Assembly (NCBI GenBank): GCA_964016885.1
Contig: OZ024752.1
Coordinates: 32,922,001-32,986,000 of the forward strand
DNA from: Eledone cirrhosa
Taxonomy: Eukaryota
DNA: 64,000 nt
Reading direction: 5' to 3'
Both the position numbers and the translations under genes were made by a program. Positions 1-14,340 of this stretch are shown here, one piece after another. Numbering within the stretch: the stretch's first letter is position 1; each line of letters starts with the position of its first letter. The notes under the pieces are model-generated. The model saw only the letters and a program-made list of their open reading frames with translations, searched no databases and was not told the DNA's origin.

Positions 1-65
1 GTATATATATATATATATATGTGTGTGTATATATATATATATGTGTATATATATATATATGTGTA

Positions 66-108
<43 letters not shown>

Positions 109-261
109 ATATATATATATATATATGTGTGTGTATATATAAATATATATATGTGTGTGTGCGTGCGTGTGTGTTTGCCTTAACCTAGTAGATAAAGCAA
201 TCGAGAATGGAAGCATAAAATAAAGATTTCCTTCAGTCTAGAGGAATATATTCCAGATAAG

Positions 262-1088
262 TAATAAATGTTTCTACTTTAGGCACAAGGCCAGCAATTA
301 CCCAGTACATTGCTGGTACTTTATTTCATCGACCCCGTAAGGATGAAAGGCAAAGTTAACCTCGGCGGGATTTGAACTCAGAATGGCAAGGGCCGTAACT
401 CTATGCGTCAAAGCATAGCGACCGACCCTCTACCGAAACTGCCAATCTACGTAATAATTGTTTCTACTTTAGGCACAAGGCCAGCAAATTACCCAGTACA
501 TTACTGGTACTTTATGTTATCGAACCCGTAAGGATGAAAGGCAAAGTTAACCTCGGCGGGATTTGAACTCAGATCATAAAGGGACGTAACTCTATGCTAG
601 AAAGCATGGCGTCCGACCCTCTAGCGATACTGCCAATCCACGTAATAATTGTTTCTACTTTAGGCACAAGGCCAGCAATTACCCAGTACATTACTGGTAC
701 AATCCACGTAATAATACCTCTTCATTCACTTGCTCACCACAGTTATCAGATTGGGCGAATTATATGTGTATGTGTATGCAGATGGATGTTTGTTTGTGTA
801 TGTGTATGTATTCATTTTTAAAAGTAAGACGTACTCAATACTCTTCCTAGGCTGCCATGTCTTACTAGTTCTATACGGACGTTTAAATTGATCATTTAAT
901 TAAATAAATAATTGTTTCTACTTTAGGCACAAGGCCAGCAATTACCCAGTGCATTACTGGTACTTTATTTTATCGATCCCGTAAGGATGAAAGGCAAAGT
1001 CAACCTCGGCGGGATTTGAACTCAGATCGTAAAGGGACGTAACTATGCTGGAAAGCATGGCGTCCGAATCCTCCACCGATACTGCCAA
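262..1088 (-). mobile_element. Cluster of tRNA-derived SINE copies (family S1): ~262-450, 452-640, 641-701 partial, 907-1088
   Basis: Reverse complement reads GGATTGGCAGTATCGGTAGAGG (A-box-like) ... GAGTTCAAATCCC (B box) ... GCCTTTCATCCTTACGGGGTCGATAAAATAAAGTACCAG, ending in an (ATT)n-like tail. More than 20 copies occur in the window. Confidence 0.85.
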
Positions 1089-1229
1089 AATAAATAATAA
1101 TCGACAAAATAAAATGTTATCACAGTTTTTAGGAGTGCAAAATCTATTGCTGAAATGTTGCATCAAGCCGTAAAAACATTGTTGGGGGTAATGTGGGGGT
1201 AATGTAGGGGTAATGTGGGGGTTAATATA

Positions 1230-1807
1230 AAAGAAGAATACTGCGTGGTTTGCACATGGGTTACATATGATAAAAATAGTCCCTCGTCAGTGATTTTCCA
1301 ACCATCATTGGTATTTCATCGCATTAAAAATCAGATACCTCAGGTTGGTGCGAGCAATAACTAAAATAAGTTATTGGGACCAGTAATCGCGTAAAGCGAG
1401 GGGGACAAGTGAACAACATAGAAGGATAAAAACAAACCAAAGAAAGGAAATAAACAAGCAACATGGTAGTCCTGGTCAGCATAATCTGGGTGGATTTCAT
1501 GAGCGAAAGGAACAGACGTCCGACGTGAGTGAGATGTAAGCAAGAAGAGGCCCACTGTTAGCCAAACGGGAGGAAGTGAGAAGGGGAGAAACAGAGAGTC
1601 AGTGAGTGGAAGTGCGAGGAAGCGGTCAGTCGAGAGAAAGTGTAACTGACAGAGAGGGCGAAAGAAGGTGAGAGAAACAGAGAGAGCGGGGAAGAGAGAG
1701 AGAGAAAAACAGACAAACGCAGCCGAGGTAAATATATATAAAAAACATGAGAAGAAAGAAGAATACTGCGTGGTTTGCACATGGGTTACATATGTTAAAA
1801 ATAGTCC
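1230..1807 (-). mobile_element. Putative PLE 3' remnant with direct terminal repeat (family I)
   Basis: 53-bp direct repeat at 1230-1282 and 1755-1807 next to a TA tract. Minus-strand CTGACGA at 1284-1290. 1265-1322 matches 39929-39984 in reverse orientation, which carries CTGATGA. Confidence 0.4.
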
Positions 1808-1839
1808 TTATATCCATATATATATATATATATATATAT

Positions 1840-2328
1840 GCAAAAGTTCTATTTAAATTGTTGGGATACAACAAGTAAATATTTTTATAACTGATATAAA
1901 GCACTCGACAAGTATTTGGAGTAGATATACGATATTAATAAATGGAAACTATATTTATAAAACCATATTTATTTCATTATACATATTTCAAGGATACCAA
2001 GTTAAATTATGGTATGCCTTCATCAGACAAAATACAATATATATCAGTTTTATAAATAAGCATTGACGTACCCTTTCAAAATGCGACCATTACTTTTGGA
2101 GGACATCAGGATAGTCTATCCTGATGTCCTCCAAAAGTAATGGTCGCATTTTGAAAGGGTACGTCAATGCTTATTTATAAAACTGGGTACGTCAATGCTT
2201 ATTTCTAAAACTGATATATACTGTATTTTGTCTGATGAAGGCATACCATAATTTAACTTGGTATCCTTGAAATATGTATAATGAAATAAATATGGTTTTA
2301 TAAATATAGTTTCCATTTGTTAATATCG

Positions 2329-2329
<1 letters not shown>
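1840..2329. mobile_element. Palindromic non-coding PLE-like mini-element, family D, between TA tracts
   Basis: Inverted arms ~1925-2114 and 2116-2329 centred on CAGGATAG-T-CTATCCTG. Left arm has an ~85-bp extra tail. HHR fold in each arm. Confidence 0.8.
2224..2288 (+). ncRNA. Minimal type I hammerhead ribozyme (family D)
   Basis: TATTTTGT-CTGATGA-AGGCATACCA..TGGTATCCTT-GAAA-TATGTA-TA-ATGAAATA. Stem I pairs and the stem III loop is near-palindromic. Confidence 0.75.
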
Positions 2330-2359
<30 letters not shown>

Positions 2360-2402
2360 CTATCAAAGTTGTAACTTGTTCTGCCGATGGTGTCGTGAAT
2401 AG

Positions 2403-2477
<75 letters not shown>

Positions 2478-2898
2478 TATATACATTTATCAGCAATTGT
2501 AACTGGTTCTGTAGATGGCGCTGTGCAGAGAATTTTACACACAAATATAAATACATTTATCAACAATTGTAAAATCATATTCAGTACAAGATGGTTTACA
2601 AGAAGAAATTGTAAACAGTATTCTTTGCCAGTGCCATATATTAAAACTACATTTTGAAATGTTACAATAAGTGTTGTACAAAAGAATTTCATGTTGTATA
2701 CTCAAAGACAAATAATAGGCTTTGCTTAATATTTATGACGCTTGTGTTGAGAAGGATTGAAGAAAATTTAAAATTCACTATTCCAAACAAATGATGGATC
2801 GTTGAAGTAAATGGGAACACGTGACTTGCGAACGTAATTATACACCACAAAGCATATTGTCCGATGTTCTAACAACGTTGTCAATCCACCTCCCTTAA

Positions 2899-4233
2899 AT
2901 AATGGTTTCTTATATAGGCACAAGGCCAGCAATTTTGGGGGAGGGGGGGGAAGTCGATTAAATCGACCCCAGTGCGTGACTGGTGCTTTATTTTATCGAC
3001 CCCCGTAAGGATGAAAGGCAAAGTTAACCTCGGCGGGATTTGAACTCAGATCATAAAGGGCCGTAACTCTATACTGCAAAGCATGGCGTCCGACCCTCTA
3101 CCGATACTGCCAATCCACCGGTCTAATAATGATCCCAGTCTGCTATCATTGATAGAGGGCGGTATGTTATTTCTAGTGAAGCAAGATATCTTTTATGTTT
3201 AATTAGTGAGTTATCAATAACGGATTGTGTGGAACATACCATAAAATTGTTATTAATTAAATTAGCAAATATAATGAAAACATTATACGCATATTGTAAT
3301 AGCATTAAAGTAAGTTATATTGTCAACTCAATATAATAAATAGAGTTGATTAGTATGAGGTCTGAAATAGATGTTTTTCTACGAAATTGCTCACAAGGGA
3401 AAATAATGGTTTCTGGTTTAGGCACAAGACCAACAATTTGGGAAAAGAGAAAGTCGATTAGATCGATTCCAGTGCATTACTGGTACTTTATTTTATCAAG
3501 CTCGTAAGGACGAAAGGCAAATCTGAAATAATAATAGTAATAATAATAATAATAATAATAATGTTTTCTTTATTAACCACAAGGGTTTACATAAAGTAGA
3601 CATTAAGGACAGTACAGGACAATACAGGACGGTACAAATGGGCATTTCTGCGTGTAAAAAAACCGAGGATGTAATAAAATAACAAAGAAAAAAAAAAAAA
3701 AGAAAAAAAAAATAATAATAATAATAATTGTTTCTACTTTTGGCACAAGGCCAGCAATTATCCCAGTGCTTACTGGTACTTTATTTTATCGACCCCCGTA
3801 AGGATGAAAGGCAAAGTCAACCTCGGCGGGATTTGAATTCAGATCGTAAAGGGACGTAACTCTGCTGGAAAGCATGGCGTCCGACCCTCTACCAATACTG
3901 CCAATCCACCGCCCTTAATAATAATAATAATAATAATTGTTTCTACTTTTGGCACAAGGCCAGCAATTATCCCAGTGCATTACTGGTACTTTATTTTATC
4001 CATCCCGTAAGGATGAAAAGCAAAGTTAACCTCGGCGGGATAATAATAATGATAATGGTTTCTGATTTAGGCACATTGCCAACAATTTTGGGGAGATGGG
4101 CAAGTCAATCAAATCAAGCCCAGTGCATTACTGGTACTTTATTTTATCGACCTCGTAAGGATGAAATGTAAAGCTAACCTCGTGGGGATTTAAATTCAGA
4201 ACATAAAGGGAAATAACTATATGCCGCAAAGCA
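2899..4233 (-). mobile_element. S1 SINE copies (~2899-3120, 3404-3521, 3722-3914, 3933-4040, 4052-4233)
   Basis: Same A/B box head and central CCTTTCATCCTTACGGGGTCGATAAAATAAAGTACCAG block on the minus strand. Confidence 0.8.
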
Positions 4234-4483
4234 CAGACAGAATATAACGTTGCCCCGGAAGATGGCACGGGAGTAGGCATTCCAGCTCTCTGGGTGCCGA
4301 CGATTTAAGGATTCGGCCAATTTGCGGTCACCATTTAGCAGTTCTCTTCTCTCTTACAACTGCGGCGATCAGACGTGTGTCACGTTTCTCTCGATTTCTC
4401 GGTCTCGAATTTAAGTTCTATTATCGAGTGGTCTTCGATTTCCTACCTATAGTTGCTCGCACATTGCTCGGTATATACCTATA

Positions 4484-4596
<113 letters not shown>

Positions 4597-4645
4597 AAGG
4601 TGATTAACCTATAGTTGCTCGCACATTGCTCGGTATATACCTATA

Positions 4646-4687
<42 letters not shown>

Positions 4688-4981
4688 GTGATTAACCTAT
4701 AGTTGCTCGCACATTGATCGGTTTGTGTTGTTTTTTTTCGCTGTTTTGTTACTGTTTCTCTTTTCTTCCCCTTTGCTTTCCTTCCCTCCTTCCTTCGTTT
4801 TCCCAATAACTTATCCAGTTATTGACGCCCTGGGGTGAAGTGGTATCTTGTCTTTAAAGCGTAGAAATATCCTAGACCCCCAGTAGACAACTGATGAGGA
4901 ACCCCCCTCCTGTTCTTGCTTTCTTGGTATTCCCACTGCATTTAAAGTTACCTTAAATAGCAACTACACAGCCATTTCTAT

Positions 4982-5017
<36 letters not shown>

Positions 5018-5139
5018 GTATATATATGTATGTATGTATTATGTATGTATATATATATATACGTTGTAGAAGGCTCCAGAGGGATTCGAACACTCGACTC
5101 TACAATGTATTGAGCACATTACTTACCCCCGAACCCGGG

Positions 5140-5165
5140 ATACACACACGCACACACATACACAC

Positions 5166-5256
<91 letters not shown>

Positions 5257-5301
5257 CACCATACACAGACGCACACGTGCACAGATGCACACACACACAC
5301 A

Positions 5302-5381
<80 letters not shown>

Positions 5382-5413
5382 CACACCATGCACAGACGCA
5401 CACGTGCACAGAT

Positions 5414-5464
<51 letters not shown>

Positions 5465-5500
5465 AATACACACCATACACAGACGCACACGTGCACAGAT

Positions 5501-5545
<45 letters not shown>

Positions 5546-5580
5546 AATACACACCATGCACAGACGCACACGTGCACAGA

Positions 5581-5632
<52 letters not shown>

Positions 5633-5668
5633 AATACACACCATGCACAGATGCACAGATGCACAGAT

Positions 5669-5725
<57 letters not shown>

Positions 5726-5790
5726 TATATATATATATATACACACCATACACAGACGCACATACACAAATATAATATAATATATATATA
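5140..5790. repeat. Compound (CA)n/(TA)n minisatellite with unit ACACCATGCACAGACGCACACGTGCACAGATG
   Basis: About 6 repeats of the spacer motif separated by CA and TA tracts. The ORFs here are low-complexity artefacts. Confidence 0.9.
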
Positions 5791-6164
5791 AGGTAACTTT
5801 AAAAAAATACGTGCATCTCTTCCATTAAGCATATAAGTAAGATACCAACCCAACCATTAAACTTATGTCATCTAACCATGTTATTGATTCGAAATTTATT
5901 ATCGGGGATATAAAATCCATTCCTAGGTGAGATAGAACTAAAATACTATATTAACATATATTTATCTCACTGAACTAATATATCATTTCTGTCAGTCACA
6001 CTAAATAGTTCTCAACACATTAACTATACATTTAATAGTCGGAGAAAGACCACGAAAAAATTAATTTCTCTTTTATAAACGTTGTTTAATATGGCAGCCA
6101 TTAAAACCTACGTACGATCGTTTAACCTGGCATTAGGGAAGTAATGTTATATATATATTTTTTT

Positions 6165-6278
<114 letters not shown>

Positions 6279-6383
6279 TTTATTTTAGCCTCGTATCAAC
6301 CCGAGTCTCGTGAGTGAAATTAGATTGTAAGGAAACTCTATTAAGGTTGGTCTGATGAACTTTGCTTGTGATGTCTAGGTGAA

Positions 6384-6415
<32 letters not shown>

Positions 6416-6417
<2 letters not shown>

Positions 6418-6765
6418 GATAAATCTACCAAAAGTTTACGGTAGTGTCCAATCCGTATGAAGAATTCAATGTAATCCGGATATCATGAAAAGAGAAGATG
6501 CATTCAAAAACTACTTTCGGTGAAAAATAAACGGAAAACAGAGTCAAGATAAATTATTAAAAAAATAATGAATAAACAAAGAAACAATTCCTTATATTAA
6601 AAAAATTCCTCATTTTACGATCGTTTCTAGGATATATATGTGTTAGAGTTGGTATGCATATTCTATAGATCTATGTACAATATTTATACAAACTATCAGA
6701 GGGAATATATATACCTACACATATATATGCTGTCTTCAGAAATTATTCATTATTTTTTTAATAAT

Positions 6766-6769
<4 letters not shown>
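6416..6769 (-). mobile_element. TA-embedded hairpin mini-element with HHR (6612-6743)
   Basis: Inverted 27-bp repeat at 6549-6575 and 6743-6769 plus tail 6416-6548. Minus strand reads ATTT-CTGAAGA-[long stem II]-GAAA-CGATCG-TA-AAAT. Confidence 0.65.
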
Positions 6770-6805
<36 letters not shown>

Positions 6806-6832
6806 ATACATATGTGTGTGTGTATACATGTA

Positions 6833-6897
<65 letters not shown>

Positions 6898-7130
6898 TCA
6901 TAATACACGGAGGAGAAGGCAATGCATTTAAAAACAAACTTTACATTTAAATGTATTGTCTTCTCTTCCTTTATTTTGATTATACTTGCTATTCTTACCT
7001 TCAGCGATTAACTTTCATTAAATATTAACCTTTCTATGATATTTAACACTGCACCTCTAAGCATTGAATACACTTCGCTTAGGCTATTGGCGTCTAGTAT
7101 ACTGTATCATATTTTTTCTCTCTCCTCCAT
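6898..7130. mobile_element. Short hairpin plus tail next to a TA tract (family H)
   Basis: GGAGGAGAAGGCAATGCATTTAAA / TTTAAATGTATTGTCTTCTCTTCC imperfect inverted repeat, 6909-6969. Confidence 0.4.
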
Positions 7131-7189
7131 TCTTATGATACATATCTCTTCTTATCTATCTATCTCACTCTCTGTCACTCTCTCTCTCT

Positions 7190-7291
<102 letters not shown>

Positions 7292-7855
7292 CCAGTTAAT
7301 TTTCTTGGTTTTTTTAGTTGATTCTATTGACTGATGAATAGCTTATGTTAACTTTAACCATTCTGTCGAGAGCTTTATTCGATTTGTGATGTTTGCATTC
7401 TTGCAATAATATACACAACTGAATTCATTCGCCTAAAATAAGGGTTGCCTCCCTTGCTGAACTCCACGTGGGATCAGTAATAGTCACTCCTTGAATTAGC
7501 GATTGAACTAAAACCTGTTGATAAAGTGGCTTCCTTGTTCAATCATCTTACCAGAAGCCTAACATTATTTATGTAAGCGGACAGTATTTGATTTAGGAGT
7601 CGCAGAAACCCAAATACTGGATTTTACCAACTTTCCAGGGGTCCGGGTAAATTTTCAATCACATATATTTTTATTGTTTGACCCGAATTACTTGGTTGTT
7701 TCTTTGGCTGTGCGGATGTTTGTTTAACCATCGTCTCAGTGTGTTTGGCCTTTAACGTATGTTGTAGCTCTGGTTCATCTGAATCATCGAGCGCTTGCTA
7801 CACATCTCGGAAGTTGTTTTTCGTTAATTCCTGAGCTGAAATTCGATTCTCGCTA

Positions 7856-7926
<71 letters not shown>

Positions 7927-7976
7927 TATATACATATATATTATATAATCGTATATATATATATATTATATAATCG

Positions 7977-8159
<183 letters not shown>

Positions 8160-9436
8160 CGAAGGAAATGTGGTAAGGAACCAGGTGGACCATAACGCAC
8201 CAAAGTACTCAATACTTGAGGTAGTAGAGTGGGTAATAGGAACCAGTAAGACCCCGACAGCTGAGCTCAAGCCGTTTCGACGGCTAATTCTGGACTAAAT
8301 GAACATTTATCCTGGTATTTAAATAGCCGATCTTCTCAAGGGGTAATTCCATATATGGTCAAAGTGATTGTCAAAAATCAGTAGTAATTCTGTCGTTGCA
8401 AATTAGTAGGGGAGATGGTGGCTAAACCTGCCAGTAGGAGAAAGAGGGGAGGGGGTGGACTAGACCCAATCAAGCGTTGGTAGTGCCAGCTACAGCTGGG
8501 CATGAGGTCAAAGAAGATACAGGGGAGGGGGAGGGGGAGGAAGTCGGAACGGTAGGTAGAACAATGGGGGGTAGAAATAGGAAAGAAAAAATACTGAGAG
8601 TGAAGAAAAGCAAATAAGTGTAAAGAAAAAATTAAATTCTACGACCTAGGTGTCAGGCTATTGTTAGGCGAGAATAAAATAAAGAAAGAAAGAAAGAAGT
8701 AAATAAATAAATAAATAAATAAATAAGGAAATAAGTAAAAGAACTAGGTGGGACGAATTAGGCAAGGACCCTTTTAAGAGGTATAAGTACGTAAATGATA
8801 CGGTGACTGGTCAACAAAAGGGGCCAAAATACTAAAGAGACTACCACGAAATAAACAATAAAGGTTTCCATCCCGGGCCAGCAACGACCCAGTGCAGCAA
8901 AGTGAACTTGTACGACATAATAATTCTGAGTCCCGAGAAAAATATATACTAATGCTAACTCTAAAAGATCTAAAACAAGCTACATGAAAGTTCGTACGAA
9001 ATAAAGGTAGAATACGGAGAAATAAGTTCAGAATCCACCCCGCCCAGAAGAAAAGCGAAGCAAGAAATACTGAAACGAAAAAATAAGGCATAAGTGCCAC
9101 TAAGAAATATAGAGGGCACAGAGAATAGTGGGAGCGGTCGGAAAAGGGGGGCAAGTATCCGGGGTCTAAGCCAACTGCTATAAAGGGCGGAGTCCGCCAA
9201 ATCTATCAAAGACTAGGGGAGGGGGGAGTGGGGGTACTAAGGCTACATGGGGCCAAAGGGCAGCCTCGGGTGGGCGAGAAAAGACGCCGACAAAGGAGAA
9301 GAGCTGGGGTAGAAGGACAAAGGAGAGAGGGGGAAGGAAATAAAGGATGCGATAAAAGAATACAAAGAAGATCTTACGTCTTCCTTGGCAAGCAGGGGTT
9401 ACCCATTGCAAAATCGGCAACTGGGGTGTTATAGCC

Positions 9437-10362
9437 CTAGTCTACCCCCCCCGGGTCATTATGGGGTTTGAGGGCGAGGTAAGTCCTACGCAATCTATGT
9501 TTACATGCAGTAACCAGTTCATCTTTCTTGTTTAGGAGTTGGTCCGTCGAAAACAGCATTTGTAAAGTTTCCTCCGAGCATAAATTGCACGGACGGCGTC
9601 CTCCCGTGTAAGAATTGGCTCTGGACAGTAATCTCCAAGTGAGATCATAGGTGATGTTGTTGTCCTTGAGGTCCCATATGTGGCCCGAAAGTGTAGTGGC
9701 GTGACGCCGGGCCGGGTTTCGGAAGGTATGTCTATGTTGGTATAGCCGGGTCTTGAAGTCACATGCGGTAAGTCCTATATAGGCTTTGTTGGAGGTATCC
9801 GTCCTCACGTTGCACTGGTAGATCACATTACGGTCTCTGCATCTATTGTCGAGTGGGCAAATAGATCTATCCGGGCAGTTACACCTCCTGGTCGGTTCTC
9901 CACTGCTATTTAGGTTATTTCTGCCATCGGGGTTGAGTTTTTTGTTGTTAGAGGAGACGATGTTTTGTGCGAAGTTTGGTGTAGTGCTGTAAGAGAGTTT
10001 GATGGTATTTTTGTTAATTATGTTGTGGTAGCGGTGTTGTAATGGGAAGTGTTTTTCAATGAGCCTAAAGAATAGTTTCCCGATGGGAGTAGTCACCTCT
10101 GCGTTGTGGGGAGGATTGAACCATGTTACATTGCGTGAGCGGCGGTGTCTCCTGCTGGTTCCGCTAATGGGATCTGGACAGTAGGATATTTCCTCCCGGA
10201 AACCACTCCGCTTGAGGGCCTGGTTGTAATAAGGCGCATGTTCATCGAATATCCGCTCATTAGCTGACAAACGGGATATGCGGAGGGAGATGTTTTTGAC
10301 CAGGTTGTTTGTGATGTTCCTAGGATGGTTTGATCGGCGGTGGATGTAGTGCAGATTGTCAT
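9437..10362 (-). pseudogene. 5'-truncated PLE ORF (RT thumb + GIY-YIG endonuclease), left arm
   Basis: YIHRRSNHP, WFNPP, CNCPDRSICPLDNRC linker, NVIYQC..AYIGLT..FKTRLYQH..CNLCSEE..LLNKKDE: PLE thumb and GIY-YIG motifs. RT catalytic core is absent. Confidence 0.88.
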
Positions 10363-10373
10363 TAGGAACATCA

Positions 10374-11266
10374 CAAACCATCCTAGGAACATCACAAACA
10401 ACCTGGTCAAAAACATCTCCCTCCGCATATCCCGTTTGTCAGCTAATGAGCGGATATTCGATGAACATGCGCCTTATTACAACCAGGCCCTCAAGCGGAG
10501 TGGTTTCCGGGAGGAAATATCCTACTGTCCAGATCCCATTAGCGGAACCAGCAGGAGACACCGCCGCTCACGCAATGTAACATGGTTCAATCCTCCCCAC
10601 AACGCAGAGGTGACTACTCCCATCGGGAAACTATTCTTTAGGCTCATTGAAAAACACTTCCCATTACAACACCGCTACCACAACATAATTAACAAAAATA
10701 CCATCAAACTCTCTTACAGCACTACACCAAACTTCGCACAAAACATCGTCTCCTCTAACAACAAAAAACTCAACCCCGATGGCAGAAATAACCTAAATAG
10801 CAGTGGAGAACCGACCAGGAGGTGTAACTGCCCGGATAGATCTATTTGCCCACTCGACAATAGATGCAGAGACCGTAATGTGATCTACCAGTGCAACGTG
10901 AGGACGGATACCTCCAACAAAGCCTATATAGGACTTACCGCATGTGACTTCAAGACCCGGCTATACCAACATAGACATACCTTCCGAAACCCGGCCCGGC
11001 GTCACGCCACTACACTTTCGGGCCACATATGGGACCTCAAGGACAACAACATCACCTATGATCTCACTTGGAGATTACTGTCCAGAGCCAATTCTTACAC
11101 GGGAGGACGCCGTCCGTGCAATTTATGCTCGGAGGAAACTTTACAAATGCTGTTTTCGACGGACCAACTCCTAAACAAGAAAGATGAACTGGTTACTGCA
11201 TGTAAACATAGATTGCGTAGGACTTACCTCGCCCTCAAACCCCATAATGACCCGGGGGGGGGGTAG
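10374..11266 (+). pseudogene. 5'-truncated PLE ORF (RT thumb + GIY-YIG endonuclease), right arm
   Basis: Translation identical to the left arm from NHPRNITNN onward. Differs only in the G-run near the stop (10 versus 8 G). Confidence 0.88.
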
Positions 11267-12356
11267 ACTAGGGCTATAACACCCCAGTTGCCGATTTTGC
11301 AATGGGTAACCCCTGCTTGCCAAGGAAGACGTAAGATCTTCTTTGTATTCTTTTATCGCATCCTTTATTTCCTTCCCCCTCTCTCCTTTGTCCTTCTACC
11401 CCAGCTCTTCTCCTTTGTCGGCGTCTTTTCTCGCCCACCCGAGGCTGCCCTTTGGCCCCATGTAGCCTTAGTACCCCCACTCCCCCCTCCCCTAGTCTTT
11501 GATAGATTTGGCGGACTCCGCCCTTTATAGCAGTTGGCTTAGACCCCGGATACTTGCCCCCCTTTTCCGACCGCTCCCACTATTCTCTGTGCCCTCTATA
11601 TTTCTTAGTGGCACTTATGCCTTATTTTTTCGTTTCAGTATTTCTTGCTTCGCTTTTCTTCTGGGCGGGGTGGATTCTGAACTTATTTCTCCGTATTCTA
11701 CCTTTATTTCGTACGAACTTTCATGTAGCTTGTTTTAGATCTTTTAGAGTTAGCATTAGTATATATTTTTCTCGGGACTCAGAATTATTATGTCGTACAA
11801 GTTCACTTTGCTGCACTGGGTCGTTGCTGGCCCGGGATGGAAACCTTTATTGTTTATTTCGTGGTAGTCTCTTTAGTATTTTGGCCCCTTTTGTTGACCA
11901 GTCACCGTATCATTTACGTACTTATACCTCTTAAAAGGGTCCTTGCCTAATTCGTCCCACCTAGTTCTTTTACTTATTTCCTTATTTATTTATTTATTTA
12001 TTTATTTACTTCTTTCTTTCTTTCTTTATTTTATTCTCGCCTAACAATAGCCTGACACCTAGGTCGTAGAATTTAATTTTTTCTTTACACTTATTTGCTT
12101 TTCTTCACTCTCAGTATTTTTCTTTCCTATTTCTACCCCCCATTGTTCTACCTACCGTTCCGACTTCCTCCCCCTCCCCCTCCCCTGTATCTTCTTTGAC
12201 CTCATGCCCAGCTGTAGCTGGCAATACCAACGCTTGATTGGGTCTACTCCACCCCCTCCCCTCTTTCTCCTACTGGCAGGTTTAGCCACCATCTCCCCTA
12301 CTAATTTGCAACCACAGAATTACTACTGATTTTTGACAATCACTTTGACCATATAT

Positions 12357-12466
12357 GGAATTACCCCTTGAGAAGATCGGCTATTTAAATACCAGGATAA
12401 ATGTTCATTTAGTCCAGAATTAGCCGTCGAAACGGCTTGAGCTCAGCTGTCGGGGTCTTACTGGTT

Positions 12467-12468
<2 letters not shown>
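12357..12468 (+). ncRNA. Hammerhead ribozyme with U3:A8 core variant (family A); mirror copy 8239-8350 on minus strand
   Basis: ACCCC-TTGAGAA-GATCGGCTA..TAGCCGTC-GAAA-CGGC(TTGAGCTCA)GCTG-TC-GGGGT. All three stems pair, with G10.1:C11.1 and a GUC site. Confidence 0.7.
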
Positions 12469-12532
<64 letters not shown>

Positions 12533-12544
12533 TATTATATAATC

Positions 12545-12600
<56 letters not shown>

Positions 12601-13208
12601 TGGCTGCCAACTCGTTTTCGAGTACGGCCACTACTTTATATCCATGTAGGAGAAGCCCTACCGATGCGCTAAACGAGTGTGACTTTTTAGTCCAGCCAGC
12701 GACTTGAAAACTCTGGTACAAACACTACACTTGTGACAATTATTGACACATAGTGCTGGGCCCATGGTACCATGTGACAACAATTACAGAGAGATCTCTA
12801 GATATAAAGCAATGCCTGTGCCGTGAAGCTTTTATAGTGAGCAAAGGCACTGCACAAAGCCAGTCCCACTCTCTTAACCAAGATGATATTTACCAAAAAG
12901 AAGAACAAGTCAACATCATTGGATACTATCAGGGTTGCAGGTGTTATATCAGAGTTTTCCTTCTCCTAGAATTCTGCCTTGACAAAGGCTAAGGGGTCAT
13001 CTCTCCCGGTGATTTTGGATGGGCATTGACTCTTAAGAGCTCCTTTGCTCTTTGACAGGTTTGTTTTTACTCCTGCAGGATGTCCAAAGTCACCCTCCTC
13101 ACCAAGAAACCTTGGTGGGGTAATATATATATACACATATATATATACATATATATATACATATATATATATACATATATACATATATATATATACATAT
13201 ATATTATA

Positions 13209-13240
<32 letters not shown>

Positions 13241-13247
13241 ACATATA

Positions 13248-13330
<83 letters not shown>

Positions 13331-13364
13331 GTGTGTATATATATATATGTATATATATATATAA

Positions 13365-13743
<379 letters not shown>

Positions 13744-13746
13744 TTA

Positions 13747-13836
<90 letters not shown>

Positions 13837-13844
13837 CACATATA

Positions 13845-13928
<84 letters not shown>

Positions 13929-13934
13929 CACATA

Positions 13935-13988
<54 letters not shown>

Positions 13989-14284
13989 ATATTTATATGT
14001 GTGTGTATATATATATATGTATATATAATGCGGGTGTGTGTGTGCCACGCTGTGTATCAAAGAATTACTTTAAGTGTACACGTGTCTGTCTAGTACTCTG
14101 CCAATTTACAACGTTATTACAATGAGTAAGTCAACTGAACGTTCATACGTCATTCTCGACGGGAGAGACCATTACACACTCACATTCATATATTCATATT
14201 TATGTCCGTGTCTCCGCGTTTATGTGGAATTTTGTGTAAATATTTATGCGTATAAATTTATGGTTATCTGTATATATATGGTTA

Positions 14285-14340
<56 letters not shown>

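Noticed and set aside
1183-1222. GGGGGTAATGT x4 G-rich repeat (G-quadruplex or telomere-like)
   Set aside because: Short local repeat, not TTAGGG, and no further support.
4885-4960. CTGATGAGG motif near TA-containing tandem units (4446-4715)
   Set aside because: No downstream GAAA or stem III, so no HHR fold.
8774-9434. Short ORFs mirrored at 11274-11934
   Set aside because: Incidental frames in the PLE 3' UTR, duplicated only because of the palindrome.
12598-13121. TA-flanked segment resembling a LINE 5' UTR on the minus strand
   Set aside because: Resemblance from memory only, with no ORF or second copy in the window.
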